Virus record (IMG/VR): IMGVR_UViG_3300031952_000001
Location: 62,001 to 126,000 of that record
Length of the DNA stretch: 64,000 bases
Strand: one strand, 5' to 3'
Both the position numbers and the translations under genes were made by a program. The notes beneath the pieces were generated by a model that saw only the letters and a program-made list of their open reading frames with translations, made no database searches and had not been told where the DNA came from. Positions 46,872 through 55,289 of this stretch are shown piece after piece; the stretch's first letter is position 1; each line of letters begins with the position of its first letter.

Positions 46872-47449
46872 ATGCTCTCCTTCTCATCCTGGCCTTCGCC
46901 CTGTTCCAGCCCACCGACACGGTGGTCTTCGTGGGGGACAGCATCACGGCCGGGTACTACCCTGAGATCGCGGCCAAGGCCTTGCACACGCCGCTGTACC
47001 GGTACGCGGTGCAGGGGGCACGGATCAAGCGGATCCACAAGCTGGTCGACAAGGCGCTCGCGAGGAGGCCCACCTACGTGGTGCTGTACGCCGGTCTCAA
47101 CGACTGCGCGGATGCGAATTCGGATCCCTACATCGTCTTCAACAGGCTTGAACGTCTGGTGCGGAAGATCGAGTTCTCAGACTCGACGCCCGTCGTAGTG
47201 AAGCACCACGGATGGTTCGGGGAGCCGAAGTCGTGGCATGGTTCTGCCTGCTCGTACCTGCTCAACTCGATGATGGAGTCGCGCTGGGAGGGCTACATCC
47301 GCATGGTCGACACCCGGTATCTCGCGGACCAGGAAGACACCCTGCTCAAGGAGTACGACGCCGGGGATGGGCTACACCTCAACTACCGGGGTCACAAGGC
47401 TCTTGCCGAGATGGTGGTCGACGAGCTGAGGAAGAAGGGTGGCAGGTAG
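46868..47449 (+). CDS. SGNH/GDSL hydrolase with signal peptide
   Basis: FVGDSIT, GARI, AGLND, DGLHLN. Confidence 0.85.
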   Translation: MNALLLILAFALFQPTDTVVFVGDSITAGYYPEIAAKALHTPLYRYAVQGARIKRIHKLVDKALARRPTYVVLYAGLNDCADANSDPYIVFNRLERLVRKIEFSDSTPVVVKHHGWFGEPKSWHGSACSYLLNSMMESRWEGYIRMVDTRYLADQEDTLLKEYDAGDGLHLNYRGHKALAEMVVDELRKKGGR

Positions 47450-47699
47450 TTTGGAACTGGATTGCTTCAACCTTGATCGTCTTGTAGTCCTGGAGTACCT
47501 CTGGAGGAATAGAGGTGAATGGCGTACGGGCTTTTCTGTGGTCACCTGGTGGCAGTCCAGGTGCCTCATGAAGCACATGACCGGCTCTAACGGTGAGCGC
47601 CCCATTTTCCCTGGGTGTTGGCTCGTACGGATTCACTCTGATCCTCACATAGAGTGCTGGCCTGCTTCGGAGCGCTTCTTTCGGAAGCATGCTGCATAA
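47439..47699 (+). CDS. hypothetical protein
   Basis: Short ORF filling the gap before a promoter. Confidence 0.4.
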   Translation: MAGSLELDCFNLDRLVVLEYLWRNRGEWRTGFSVVTWWQSRCLMKHMTGSNGERPIFPGCWLVRIHSDPHIECWPASERFFRKHAA

Positions 47700-47713
47700 G
47701 GGGTTGAGAGGTC

Positions 47714-47741
47714 TTGACACTTCGCAAGTGATGGTTAGATT
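47714..47741 (+). promoter_or_regulatory. early-type promoter
   Basis: TTGACA-N16-TAGATT. Confidence 0.7.
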
Positions 47742-47758
47742 GGCCGTGGAGGGTTCAG

Positions 47759-48073
47759 ATGGTTAAAGCTGCGGGCAGGATGCACGGGTCCTTCGAGGAG
47801 CGGATGTTGAACAACCTGGAGAAGAGCACCAAGAAGAAGCGGTCGGGTGGGAAGCTCACGCGACAGCAGGTGATCCGCGCGCTGAAACGTCTCGAACGGG
47901 GCTGGCCCGAAGACCTATGGATCTTCGCAGCGGATTCGCAGTTGCATTTGATGGAGAAAAAAGACGGCTCCCACGCAATGACGGACAAGGAATCTCATTG
48001 GGGGGAGGGCGTCGATAGAGTGTTCATAGTTGATAGTTTTGATGGCATCGACGCTTCTGGAGGAGACTGGTAA
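47759..48073 (+). CDS. hypothetical protein
   Basis: First gene after the promoter. Confidence 0.6.
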   Translation: MVKAAGRMHGSFEERMLNNLEKSTKKKRSGGKLTRQQVIRALKRLERGWPEDLWIFAADSQLHLMEKKDGSHAMTDKESHWGEGVDRVFIVDSFDGIDASGGDW

Positions 48074-48075
48074 CC

Positions 48076-48990
48076 ATGCGTGAGGCCTTCATCACAGGCA
48101 AGGATTTCAAGAGGGATGCTCTTGAGATCATCGAGCGGTGCAACGAGATCCTGAACGAGTTCGCCGCTCAGGGCATAGACCTGTCCTTGCGCGGTCTCTA
48201 CTACAGGCTCGTCGCCCGGGGGTACATCCCCAACACCGACCAGAGCTACAAGCGCATCGGCAACATCGTGAGCGATGCTCGGCTCGCCGGCCTGATCGAC
48301 TGGGACCGCATCATCGACCGCGTCCGCGAGACCGTGACCCCGTCGCACTGGGAGAGCCCGGCCGAGATCGTTCGGGTAGCTGCCCGGCAGTTCGCCATCG
48401 ATAAGTGGGAGAACCAGCCGACACGGGTCGAGGTGATCGCTGAGAAGGATGCTGTTTCCAGCATCTTGGAGCCGGTGTGCCGCGAGCTGGACATCCCATA
48501 CACCGCGAACCGTGGGTACGCCTCCTCGTCCTTGATGTACCAGCGGGGCAAGGCCCTCGGGAAGATCCTGCGTGGAAGCCTGGAGAGGGGCGGTGGTCAG
48601 CACGTCCTGGTGCTCTACTTCGGCGACCACGATCCGAGTGGACTCGATATGGACAGGGACGTCGAGGATCGCCTTAGGCAGTTCGCGAAAACCAGTCAAT
48701 GCACTCACGAGCTGAAGGTGGTTCGGCTCGCGCTGACCTGGCCGCAGATCGAGGAGTACGAGCCCCCGGCGAACCCGGCCAAAGTCACAGACTCTCGCGC
48801 TGCCTCGTACATCACTCGGCATGGCGACGAGTCGTGGGAGCTGGACGCTCTGGACCCCATAGTCCTGAGTAATCTGGTGCGGAAGCACGTCCTGGAGGTC
48901 CGGGACGAGGAGCTGTGGGACGAGGCCGTAGAGCGCGAAAACGAGATGCGCAGCAAGCTGGGTGCAGCCATCGAGGCCATGGAGGACTAG
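48076..48990 (+). CDS. Topo VI-A/Spo11-like (Mini-A type) wHTH-Toprim protein
   Basis: LSLRGLYYRL (candidate catalytic Tyr), VIAEKDA, YFGDHDPSG, WELDAL. Confidence 0.7.
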   Translation: MREAFITGKDFKRDALEIIERCNEILNEFAAQGIDLSLRGLYYRLVARGYIPNTDQSYKRIGNIVSDARLAGLIDWDRIIDRVRETVTPSHWESPAEIVRVAARQFAIDKWENQPTRVEVIAEKDAVSSILEPVCRELDIPYTANRGYASSSLMYQRGKALGKILRGSLERGGGQHVLVLYFGDHDPSGLDMDRDVEDRLRQFAKTSQCTHELKVVRLALTWPQIEEYEPPANPAKVTDSRAASYITRHGDESWELDALDPIVLSNLVRKHVLEVRDEELWDEAVERENEMRSKLGAAIEAMED

Positions 48991-48991
48991 G

Positions 48992-49417
48992 ATGAGCCAC
49001 CCCGACGAACCGAGGTTCAACTACCCGCCGTGCCCTACTTGCGGAGGTAAGCAGGTTCGCATGAGCGCAACCGTTGCCAATCCGATCTGCCCGGTCTGCA
49101 TGCTCGACCAGGCCAAGTTCAAGGCTCTCGGAATCCCCAAGGAGGTTCTCGAAGAGGATACCCCGGCAGCGATTGCCCGAGAGTACGAGCAAAGGAAGGG
49201 TAGGATGCCCGTCTACCTGGAAGTCAAGCGCATCACCATCGTCCGCTCCGGGACGGACAAGGTGATCCTGCATGTCGGTCTCCCTGAGGGCTGCTACCCG
49301 TTCAAGGGGGATGCCTCGGTGACCATGGACGTGGCGCAGGGAAACGGAGTGGCCTACTGCCTGGATCACTTCCCTGGCGTACCCATCGAGGATCTGACTC
49401 ATCTGAAGGAGGGCTAA
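48992..49417 (+). CDS. zinc-finger hypothetical protein
   Basis: CPTC ... CPVC. Confidence 0.6.
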   Translation: MSHPDEPRFNYPPCPTCGGKQVRMSATVANPICPVCMLDQAKFKALGIPKEVLEEDTPAAIAREYEQRKGRMPVYLEVKRITIVRSGTDKVILHVGLPEGCYPFKGDASVTMDVAQGNGVAYCLDHFPGVPIEDLTHLKEG

Positions 49418-49418
49418 G

Positions 49419-49769
49419 ATGTCGAACGTGTTGATTCTCGAAGCGTCTGTGATCAAGGAGCACCTCAAGGACTTCAAGGGCGATCTGAAGGAGAAGCTGC
49501 GCTTCGCGATGCAGGAAGCTCACAAGGGTGTGGTCGGCATCGCGATCCTCTCTCCCGACGAGAAGTTCCGGGCTGCGGTCGCGGCTACGATCCTGGCCTC
49601 CGAGGGTGAGGAGAAGGAGCGCCTGGAGTGGGAGTCGAAGTGCCTCCAAGCCTTGTCCGCCGGGATAAGTGGCCTTCCGGTGAACATAGGGTTCGTTCTG
49701 GAGGAGGGTACATCACGGGGGTGGGAGCCTCTGGGCTTCCTGGCTCTCTGGAGAGAGGTGGTGGGGTAG
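49419..49769 (+). CDS. hypothetical protein
   Basis: Operon-coupled ORF. Confidence 0.6.
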   Translation: MSNVLILEASVIKEHLKDFKGDLKEKLRFAMQEAHKGVVGIAILSPDEKFRAAVAATILASEGEEKERLEWESKCLQALSAGISGLPVNIGFVLEEGTSRGWEPLGFLALWREVVG

Positions 49770-49771
49770 GC

Positions 49772-49954
49772 ATGGAAAAAGACTGCACCCACTGCAAGCC
49801 CAGCGTCTGCCCTCTCTGCCAGGGCTGGGGTGAGGTACGCGATCCCAACCGAGCCGCAGGGCTCCAAGGCTCCTACCAGACGGACAAGAAGGTGGTCTGC
49901 CCGGCGTGTACCGGTACCGGAGTTGTCTGGCCTCCGTGTTCAGAAGGATGTTAG
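49772..49954 (+). CDS. DnaJ-type zinc-finger mini-protein
   Basis: CPLCQGWG, CPACTGTG. Confidence 0.6.
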   Translation: MEKDCTHCKPSVCPLCQGWGEVRDPNRAAGLQGSYQTDKKVVCPACTGTGVVWPPCSEGC

Positions 49955-49962
49955 ATCACCTC

Positions 49963-49990
49963 TTGACTCACTGAGTAGTATGGTTACATT
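49963..49990 (+). promoter_or_regulatory. early-type promoter
   Basis: TTGACT-N16-TACATT. Confidence 0.75.
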
Positions 49991-50021
49991 GGGGTTGTGG
50001 CCGAGTGCAAGGAGGTCTGCG

Positions 50022-50420
50022 GTGGCTGAGATGTTCGATATTGAGGATGTTGTGCCCTCCACGCCGGAGGAGCTTCGCCGTCAGGAGATCGACGAGCTGA
50101 AGGCTGGCTGGGCCTCGGACCCTTGTTTCGACATCGAGGATACCGAGGGCTTCGAGGATGTCCGAGAGGAGCTGGACAGCTTCCGTGTCGAGATGGAATA
50201 CAAGTGGGCGGAAGAGAAGGAAACCAGGCTCCGCCATTTGGCAAAGAAGTTCGGGTTCAACCTCGTAGGGGATGGGTTGTATGAGGGGGACACCCCCACC
50301 CACGTCATCCCCAGGATGTTCGCTTCGGAAATGGAGAAGCTCCTCGACCGCATCAATGGTCTGGAGGACAGGCTCGAACGGGTTGAGAACAGGATCGACG
50401 GTATAGAGGGGAACGACTAG
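50022..50420 (+). CDS. acidic hypothetical protein
   Basis: SD GGAGGT before GTG. Confidence 0.6.
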   Translation: MAEMFDIEDVVPSTPEELRRQEIDELKAGWASDPCFDIEDTEGFEDVREELDSFRVEMEYKWAEEKETRLRHLAKKFGFNLVGDGLYEGDTPTHVIPRMFASEMEKLLDRINGLEDRLERVENRIDGIEGND

Positions 50421-50687
50421 ATGGGCACGAACTACTACATCGGTGACCTCACGGTAGATGATGACGAGGATGACCCCAAGTTCCACATCGGGAAGGTGTG
50501 TACCCTTCATGAAGGACGGCTGCACTTCGTCTGGGCGCAGCGGATGACCAAGGCCCTCAAGGCTCGGATCGCGGAGAAGGGGGTCCTTGATGACTGCGGT
50601 AGGCGCTACAACGAAGCGGAGTTCCGTGACGTGCTCAACGATTGCCACACTTCCGACTTCAATAGTGCCGGCAAGAAGTTCTGCTGA
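50421..50687 (+). CDS. hypothetical protein
   Basis: MGTNYY..FHIGK start; operon-coupled. Confidence 0.65.
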   Translation: MGTNYYIGDLTVDDDEDDPKFHIGKVCTLHEGRLHFVWAQRMTKALKARIAEKGVLDDCGRRYNEAEFRDVLNDCHTSDFNSAGKKFC

Positions 50688-50753
50688 CCTCTTGACTTCC
50701 TAACAAACAGTGGCTATATAGTTCAGCAGGGCTCGCACTATCAAGGAGAGGGC

Positions 50754-51530
50754 ATGGCAACGAAGAAAAAGACGACCAAGAAGGACAAGGGGTTGCTCTC
50801 GGAGATCCTGCGGGATGACCGGGACAAGGAGATCGAGGTCCTGAAGGAGGAGGTCGAGCGGGTGAGCCTCGCCAACTTGGATCTCGACCGACGCCTCCAG
50901 TCCATGACGGGAGCCTGGACCGTCAGCAATCAAGATCGGCGTCAGGAGTGCGAAGACCACACCGCGGCCTTGCGCCGGCTCAACACCAACCACGCCGAGG
51001 CGACCCAGAAGAACCAGGAGCTGCTGGACTCCAAGAACCGAGAGATCGCCAAGCTGAGGGAGCGCATCAAGGCGTACGAGAGCTGGGTGAGCAGCATCCG
51101 GAGGCTGGACCTTATGATGCTCCCGGCGGAGTCGGCTCTCTCCCACACGGACATGTCGTTGAGCCTGCTCATTTCGTCTCTGAAGGGTGCGACCTTGGAG
51201 CAGGCGATGCAGGATCTCGGGTACATCGAGACGGTGTTCGGCTTCGAGGCTCCCAGGACCTCCAAGTTCATCGTTCATCTCACGAAGACGGACGGGCTCT
51301 ACAAGAGCGTGGAGGGATCGCAGCGTCAGCCTTCCTCGACCCAGATCTACGCGATCAAGGAGTTGCGCCAACATCTCAATATCGGGCTGAAGGACGCCAA
51401 GGAGATCACGGACACCCTCTACGAGGGGAAGCCCAGCGAGATCGAGTTCTCCAGCCGCGAGGGCGCGGAGAAGGTGGCGGAAGCCCTGCGGATCTGCGGG
51501 TACTTCTACGTCGCCATCATCGAGAGGTAG
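50754..51530 (+). CDS. coiled-coil protein with a C-terminal ribosomal protein bL12 (L7/L12) CTD-like domain
   Basis: IYAIKELRQHLNIGLKDAKEITD..SREGAEKVAEALR. Confidence 0.65.
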   Translation: MATKKKTTKKDKGLLSEILRDDRDKEIEVLKEEVERVSLANLDLDRRLQSMTGAWTVSNQDRRQECEDHTAALRRLNTNHAEATQKNQELLDSKNREIAKLRERIKAYESWVSSIRRLDLMMLPAESALSHTDMSLSLLISSLKGATLEQAMQDLGYIETVFGFEAPRTSKFIVHLTKTDGLYKSVEGSQRQPSSTQIYAIKELRQHLNIGLKDAKEITDTLYEGKPSEIEFSSREGAEKVAEALRICGYFYVAIIER

Positions 51531-51533
51531 GAC

Positions 51534-52364
51534 ATGCTCAAGAAGATAGTACCCATCGAGCGTTCGCAGAAAGGCGGACTCCCCGGGGAGACTGTCGAGC
51601 GTCACCCGTCGTTCGGGCTGGTGGGGTTGTTCAAGACCTGCGGATCTCAGCCGCTCTTCGGGAGCCCGTTGGAGGTCAACAACGGCTACGTCACCATCAA
51701 GATCAGCCACGGGGAGAAGATCCACTCGGGGCACGGGTACGACCGGTACTTCCCCCGCAACACCGTCGTCGAGGTCATGATCAGCGAGGCCCAGTTCGCT
51801 CAGCTCATCACGAGCTGGAACTCGGGCGAGGGCGTTCCCTGCACGTTCGACTTCATCGCCCCTGGTGGCGAGGGAAGCGTGCCGGGCTGGCCGGACGACG
51901 ACTACGTCTCCGACACCGAGCAGGTCCGCAACGAGTTCAAGGACCGGATCTCCGACGTGAAGAAGAAGGTCGAGACCGCGATCACCTCGATGAACGCGAT
52001 CCTGGGGAAGAAGGGCGCGCTCACGATTGCGGAGAAGGATTCGATCCGAGAGGGCATGATCGCCCTCTCCCGGCTCCTCGACGACTCCGCCCCCTTCATG
52101 GCCGAGCAGTTCGTCGAGGTGACCGAGAAGGTCGTCCAGAAGGCCATGACCGAGATCGATGCCTTCGTCACCAAGGTCGCCGTCCACACGGGCCTGGAGA
52201 GCCTGAAGAAGATGGAGGTCTCGGGGCTGAAGCTCGCGGATGGTAGCACACCGAAGAGACTCTCGACGGGGGATCTGGAACTCGATGAGAACCTCATGTA
52301 CAGGCACGTCGACAAGGTCACGTCCGCCGATCCCGAGCAGGGCTGGGAGGACGACGATGCGTGA
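51534..52364 (+). CDS. hypothetical protein
   Basis: Long ORF with typical codon usage. Confidence 0.7.
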   Translation: MLKKIVPIERSQKGGLPGETVERHPSFGLVGLFKTCGSQPLFGSPLEVNNGYVTIKISHGEKIHSGHGYDRYFPRNTVVEVMISEAQFAQLITSWNSGEGVPCTFDFIAPGGEGSVPGWPDDDYVSDTEQVRNEFKDRISDVKKKVETAITSMNAILGKKGALTIAEKDSIREGMIALSRLLDDSAPFMAEQFVEVTEKVVQKAMTEIDAFVTKVAVHTGLESLKKMEVSGLKLADGSTPKRLSTGDLELDENLMYRHVDKVTSADPEQGWEDDDA

Positions 52365-52719
52365 CGAACGGAAGTGTAGCTGCGGCGGGATCGACATCGG
52401 GGTCGGTGTGATGCACGAGCCGATCTGCGAGCTGAATGACGCGGGGTGGATACACAAGCTGGAAGAGGACATCAGAGACCTAGAGGGTAGGGGTAGTTCC
52501 GGTCGAACCGTCTTCATCGTCTCTCGCCACAAGTGCACGACTCCGGACGGTGACCACCTCTTCGAGATCCAAGGTGTGTTCACCTCCGAGGAGAAGGCCA
52601 TCGCGGCTTGCCGTGACGAGAACTACGGCTACGGACCCGAGGTGCTCGACCAGGAGCTTCCGCACGAGAGCACTCCCTGGCCGGGCTACGTTTACCCGCA
52701 CGCGCCCAAGGTCGATTAG
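52357..52719 (+). CDS. hypothetical protein
   Basis: Overlaps the previous stop. Confidence 0.6.
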   Translation: MRDERKCSCGGIDIGVGVMHEPICELNDAGWIHKLEEDIRDLEGRGSSGRTVFIVSRHKCTTPDGDHLFEIQGVFTSEEKAIAACRDENYGYGPEVLDQELPHESTPWPGYVYPHAPKVD

Positions 52720-52722
52720 CAC

Positions 52723-52750
52723 TTGACAGCGCCTCCCAGGTGGTTACATT
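52723..52750 (+). promoter_or_regulatory. early-type promoter driving a non-coding transcript
   Basis: TTGACA-N16-TACATT. Confidence 0.75.
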
Positions 52751-52755
52751 TAACA

Positions 52756-52917
52756 CTGAACGGAGCGCAGAGACATCACGCTCCAACAGGACCAGGGCAC
52801 CTGTTCAGAATGCCCTAAGGGCTTCGGCCCTGTCACTGAGGAGGCCGGAATAGTCACCCGGCCACTACCCTCGGCCCCTGGCGGTGTTCTCCTTGTCGCC
52901 GCCGGGGGCCATTTTTA
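52756..52917 (+). ncRNA. unassigned ~160-nt structured RNA with a possible pseudoknot and its own terminator
   Basis: Five helices, a C(UUCG)G tetraloop, no ORF between promoter and terminator. Confidence 0.6.
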
Positions 52918-52918
52918 T
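52873..52918 (+). terminator. intrinsic terminator
   Basis: 12-bp stem GGCCCCTGGCGG/CCGCCGGGGGCC followed by ATTTTTAT. Confidence 0.7.
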
Positions 52919-52932
52919 GAATCCAAAGTCCG

Positions 52933-53430
52933 ATGTGGTATAAAAAGGCCATGCGCGGCATCCCCCCAGAAGGTTTCGTCCGTCTCGCCAGGTTCGTGGC
53001 GCAGCTCGACGAACAGCTCTCGATAGAGTGGACGTCGCCGGATCTCTCCGACGAGGTGGATGAGTACACAGAGAACCCTTGGAACCAGGTGTACATGAAA
53101 GGCAGGGGGATCGAGCTGGGGAGCGCCGACGAGGTGATCGAGTTCCTGAGCACCGGAGCCATGACCCCATTCTCCGCTGATCAGCTCCCCCAAGTCGAGA
53201 ACGTGACCTTGGGTGGGGAAGCCTTTGCCTCTGAGATAGAAGATCCTGGATACCGGGAGTCCTTCGACTCGATGGAGGAGGAGCTGTCGACGAAGGGGTC
53301 CATCACCCTCCCGGCTCCGATCCTGTTGAAGCTCGGGGGTGCCTACTACTGCTTTGCGGGAAACCGGCGGATCAACCTGGCCTTCAAGTATGATCTCCCC
53401 TTGGAGGTCTGGCTCGTTGAGGTTCCATGA
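52933..53430 (+). CDS. acidic protein, possibly ParB/Srx-like fold
   Basis: PAPILL..YYCFAGNRRINLA. Confidence 0.4.
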   Translation: MWYKKAMRGIPPEGFVRLARFVAQLDEQLSIEWTSPDLSDEVDEYTENPWNQVYMKGRGIELGSADEVIEFLSTGAMTPFSADQLPQVENVTLGGEAFASEIEDPGYRESFDSMEEELSTKGSITLPAPILLKLGGAYYCFAGNRRINLAFKYDLPLEVWLVEVP

Positions 53431-53612
53431 ACCGCGAGGATGATGATCCCACTCGTCCGATTACGTTAATCCCCAGACCCCGCTGCGCCAAGCCTCCAGA
53501 GTCCCCCTGCGCCTTCAAGGACGAGGAGGGGTTCTGCTCTAAAAGATATACCACTTGCCGATGGAAAGCTCTCTCGAACCCTCCATCTAGGTCGAAACGC
53601 GATCAATCCTGA
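53427..53612 (+). CDS. small Cys-rich hypothetical protein
   Basis: ATGA overlap; last + strand gene before the strand switch. Confidence 0.45.
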   Translation: MNREDDDPTRPITLIPRPRCAKPPESPCAFKDEEGFCSKRYTTCRWKALSNPPSRSKRDQS

Positions 53613-53697
53613 GCCCTCCAGGAGCCGTTCTAAGGCCCTGCCGGCGTTCAGGCTGTCCGAGTGCGGGTTTTTGGTCGAAAGGCTTAGAGGGGCTGCG

Positions 53698-53907
53698 TCA
53701 GGAGTTCCTGTGCCGGGTAGCGTTGTACTCCTCCCAAGCGGTCGAGAATTCTGAGTAGTTTTCCCAGACTGCGTAGAGGTGGCCGCACTTGGGGCAGAAC
53801 TTGTTCTGATCTTCGGGCTTGGTCCAGAAAGACGAGTGCGGACCCGGGTGATCTTCCCAATGGTATCCGCAACTTAGACAGCGGAGCTTGGCGAGCTTCT
53901 CCTTCAA
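53698..53907 (-). CDS. small zinc-ribbon protein
   Basis: CLSC ... CPKC; SD GGAGG before TTG. Confidence 0.65.
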   Translation of the reverse strand: MKEKLAKLRCLSCGYHWEDHPGPHSSFWTKPEDQNKFCPKCGHLYAVWENYSEFSTAWEEYNATRHRNS

Positions 53908-53916
53908 GGACCTCCC

Positions 53917-54228
53917 TCAGTGCCCGTAATTGAAGCCGTACCTGAACCTTCGAATCTTGTCACCGTCTTCGTGGTCTGTGAACGTGAACTCACGTCCAAA
54001 GCTGCCTCAACAGCCCTCGGCGGCGATCTCCTTGTAGGCCTCCATCTCTTTCTCGTTCCCCACCTCCGCGAGGCGAAAGTGGCTGGTGCACGCATAGCCC
54101 TCCCGGTGGACCTTGGCGATCCGGGCGGTTAAGAAGTCCGCGAGCTTTGGGTTCTTGTACCGCTTGAAGATCCACTCCCAGGTGGGACCGAGGTAGGAGT
54201 CCCGGTCGAAGCTCTCCTTGCGGCTCAT
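53917..54228 (-). CDS. candidate selenoprotein (UGA at 54009-54007 read as Sec; ...AEGC-U-GSF...GFNYGH)
   Basis: Reading through the TGA gives 29 more sense codons ending at the next gene's SD; a SECIS-like hairpin follows the UGA. Confidence 0.65.
53976..54001 (-). promoter_or_regulatory. bacterial SECIS-like hairpin
   Basis: mRNA UGA-GGCAGCUUU-GGACGUG-AGUU-CACGUUC: 7-bp stem, apical loop 16 nt after the UGA, G at loop position 2. Confidence 0.55.
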
Positions 54229-54231
54229 GGT

Positions 54232-54426
54232 TTAGACCTTCTCATCGCCGGGAACCGCCACGCCCGCCTTGATGATCTCCAGGCAACGTTCGTAGGTGCA
54301 CCTCTGGAGTCCGCAACAGAACGTGCACCAAGGGTTCCTCGAAACCTCCTTGGATCTGTAGCGGCAGGTCTTGGCCTCTTTCCGCCAGTCCAGGACAGCC
54401 TTGCCGTACTTTCGTTTCGGGATCAT
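54232..54426 (-). CDS. small Cys-rich protein
   Basis: Operon-coupled ORF. Confidence 0.55.
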   Translation of the reverse strand: MIPKRKYGKAVLDWRKEAKTCRYRSKEVSRNPWCTFCCGLQRCTYERCLEIIKAGVAVPGDEKV

Positions 54427-54429
54427 CGT

Positions 54430-55038
54430 TCACCTCACTTGGCCCCTGCCGGTACCGTTGCAGTCGGGGCAGGTCGTGTACCCCGGAGTCACGCAGCATT
54501 CGATCCCCGGGAGAGATGCTCCTTGCGCCCCGTAGGCCTGTCCGCTTCCCTTGCATCGAGGACAGCTCCGGTAGTAGACGTCGAGGTCCTCATCGCCCAG
54601 CTCTTCCCGTAGCCGCGCGTTTTCGGTTTCCAGGGAGGCCAGTGACTTCTCACCGAGCCGAGCTGCCGCCTGGAGCGCCTCGATTCGGGATTCCCGGAGA
54701 CGCATTCCCGCTATGGCAGAATTGAGTTCTCTTTGGGCGAGTTCCAGAGAGAGGCTGATCTCTGCCGTCATCGCACGCGCAGCGGCGAGGACGTGCTCCG
54801 CAGCCTCACCGATAGTCTCGTTGTCGTCCGCCGCCAGCGCAGACCGGGCTTCCTCGATCTGCGTTTTGCAAGCCATGAGGTCATCGAAGACGAGGTCCCG
54901 CTCCTCTTGGATCTGCTTGATCTCGGCCTTGTACTGGGCCTCGATCTCGTGGATCGCGATCCACACCCGACCTTGAGGGACGGTTGTGCCGTACAGAAGA
55001 TCCGTGATCCTGTTTCTGATCTCGTTGAGGTCCATCAT
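54430..55038 (-). CDS. coiled-coil protein with a C-terminal DnaJ-type zinc finger
   Basis: CPRCKGSG, CPDCNGTG. Confidence 0.7.
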   Translation of the reverse strand: MMDLNEIRNRITDLLYGTTVPQGRVWIAIHEIEAQYKAEIKQIQEERDLVFDDLMACKTQIEEARSALAADDNETIGEAAEHVLAAARAMTAEISLSLELAQRELNSAIAGMRLRESRIEALQAAARLGEKSLASLETENARLREELGDEDLDVYYRSCPRCKGSGQAYGAQGASLPGIECCVTPGYTTCPDCNGTGRGQVR

Positions 55039-55289
55039 CCCACCTTCTTTGCCTTGCCCCAGCAGTCGTCACACAGTTCGAAAAGCTCGTCGTCGCACCC
55101 GTAGCACCACCCGACCGTGCGCCCACAACCCGGGCACACGAACGTCCCGCCGCAGTCGTGGCCCCCGGGCCGGAACCTGCCCTTCTTGTCCCTCTCGGGC
55201 GGGACGAACGGGGTGAGCAGGTAGCGTCGATAGTAGCAGCCCGGCTGATGAATGGCTTGAGGCACTAGCCGTTTCCCTTCTCCATCAAT
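55035..55289 (-). CDS. small Cys-rich protein (start uncertain)
   Basis: CPGC..WCYGC..LCDDC; 3' part of track ORF 55035..55445. Confidence 0.45.
   Translation of the reverse strand: MDGEGKRLVPQAIHQPGCYYRRYLLTPFVPPERDKKGRFRPGGHDCGGTFVCPGCGRTVGWCYGCDDELFELCDDCWGKAKKVG

Noticed and set aside
52750-52835. Twister or pistol ribozyme (contains UAACACUG and GCCCUAAG)
   Set aside because: Only short word matches. The twister GUxCxAAGCC core and the pistol P2/AAA linker are missing, so it is kept as an unassigned RNA.
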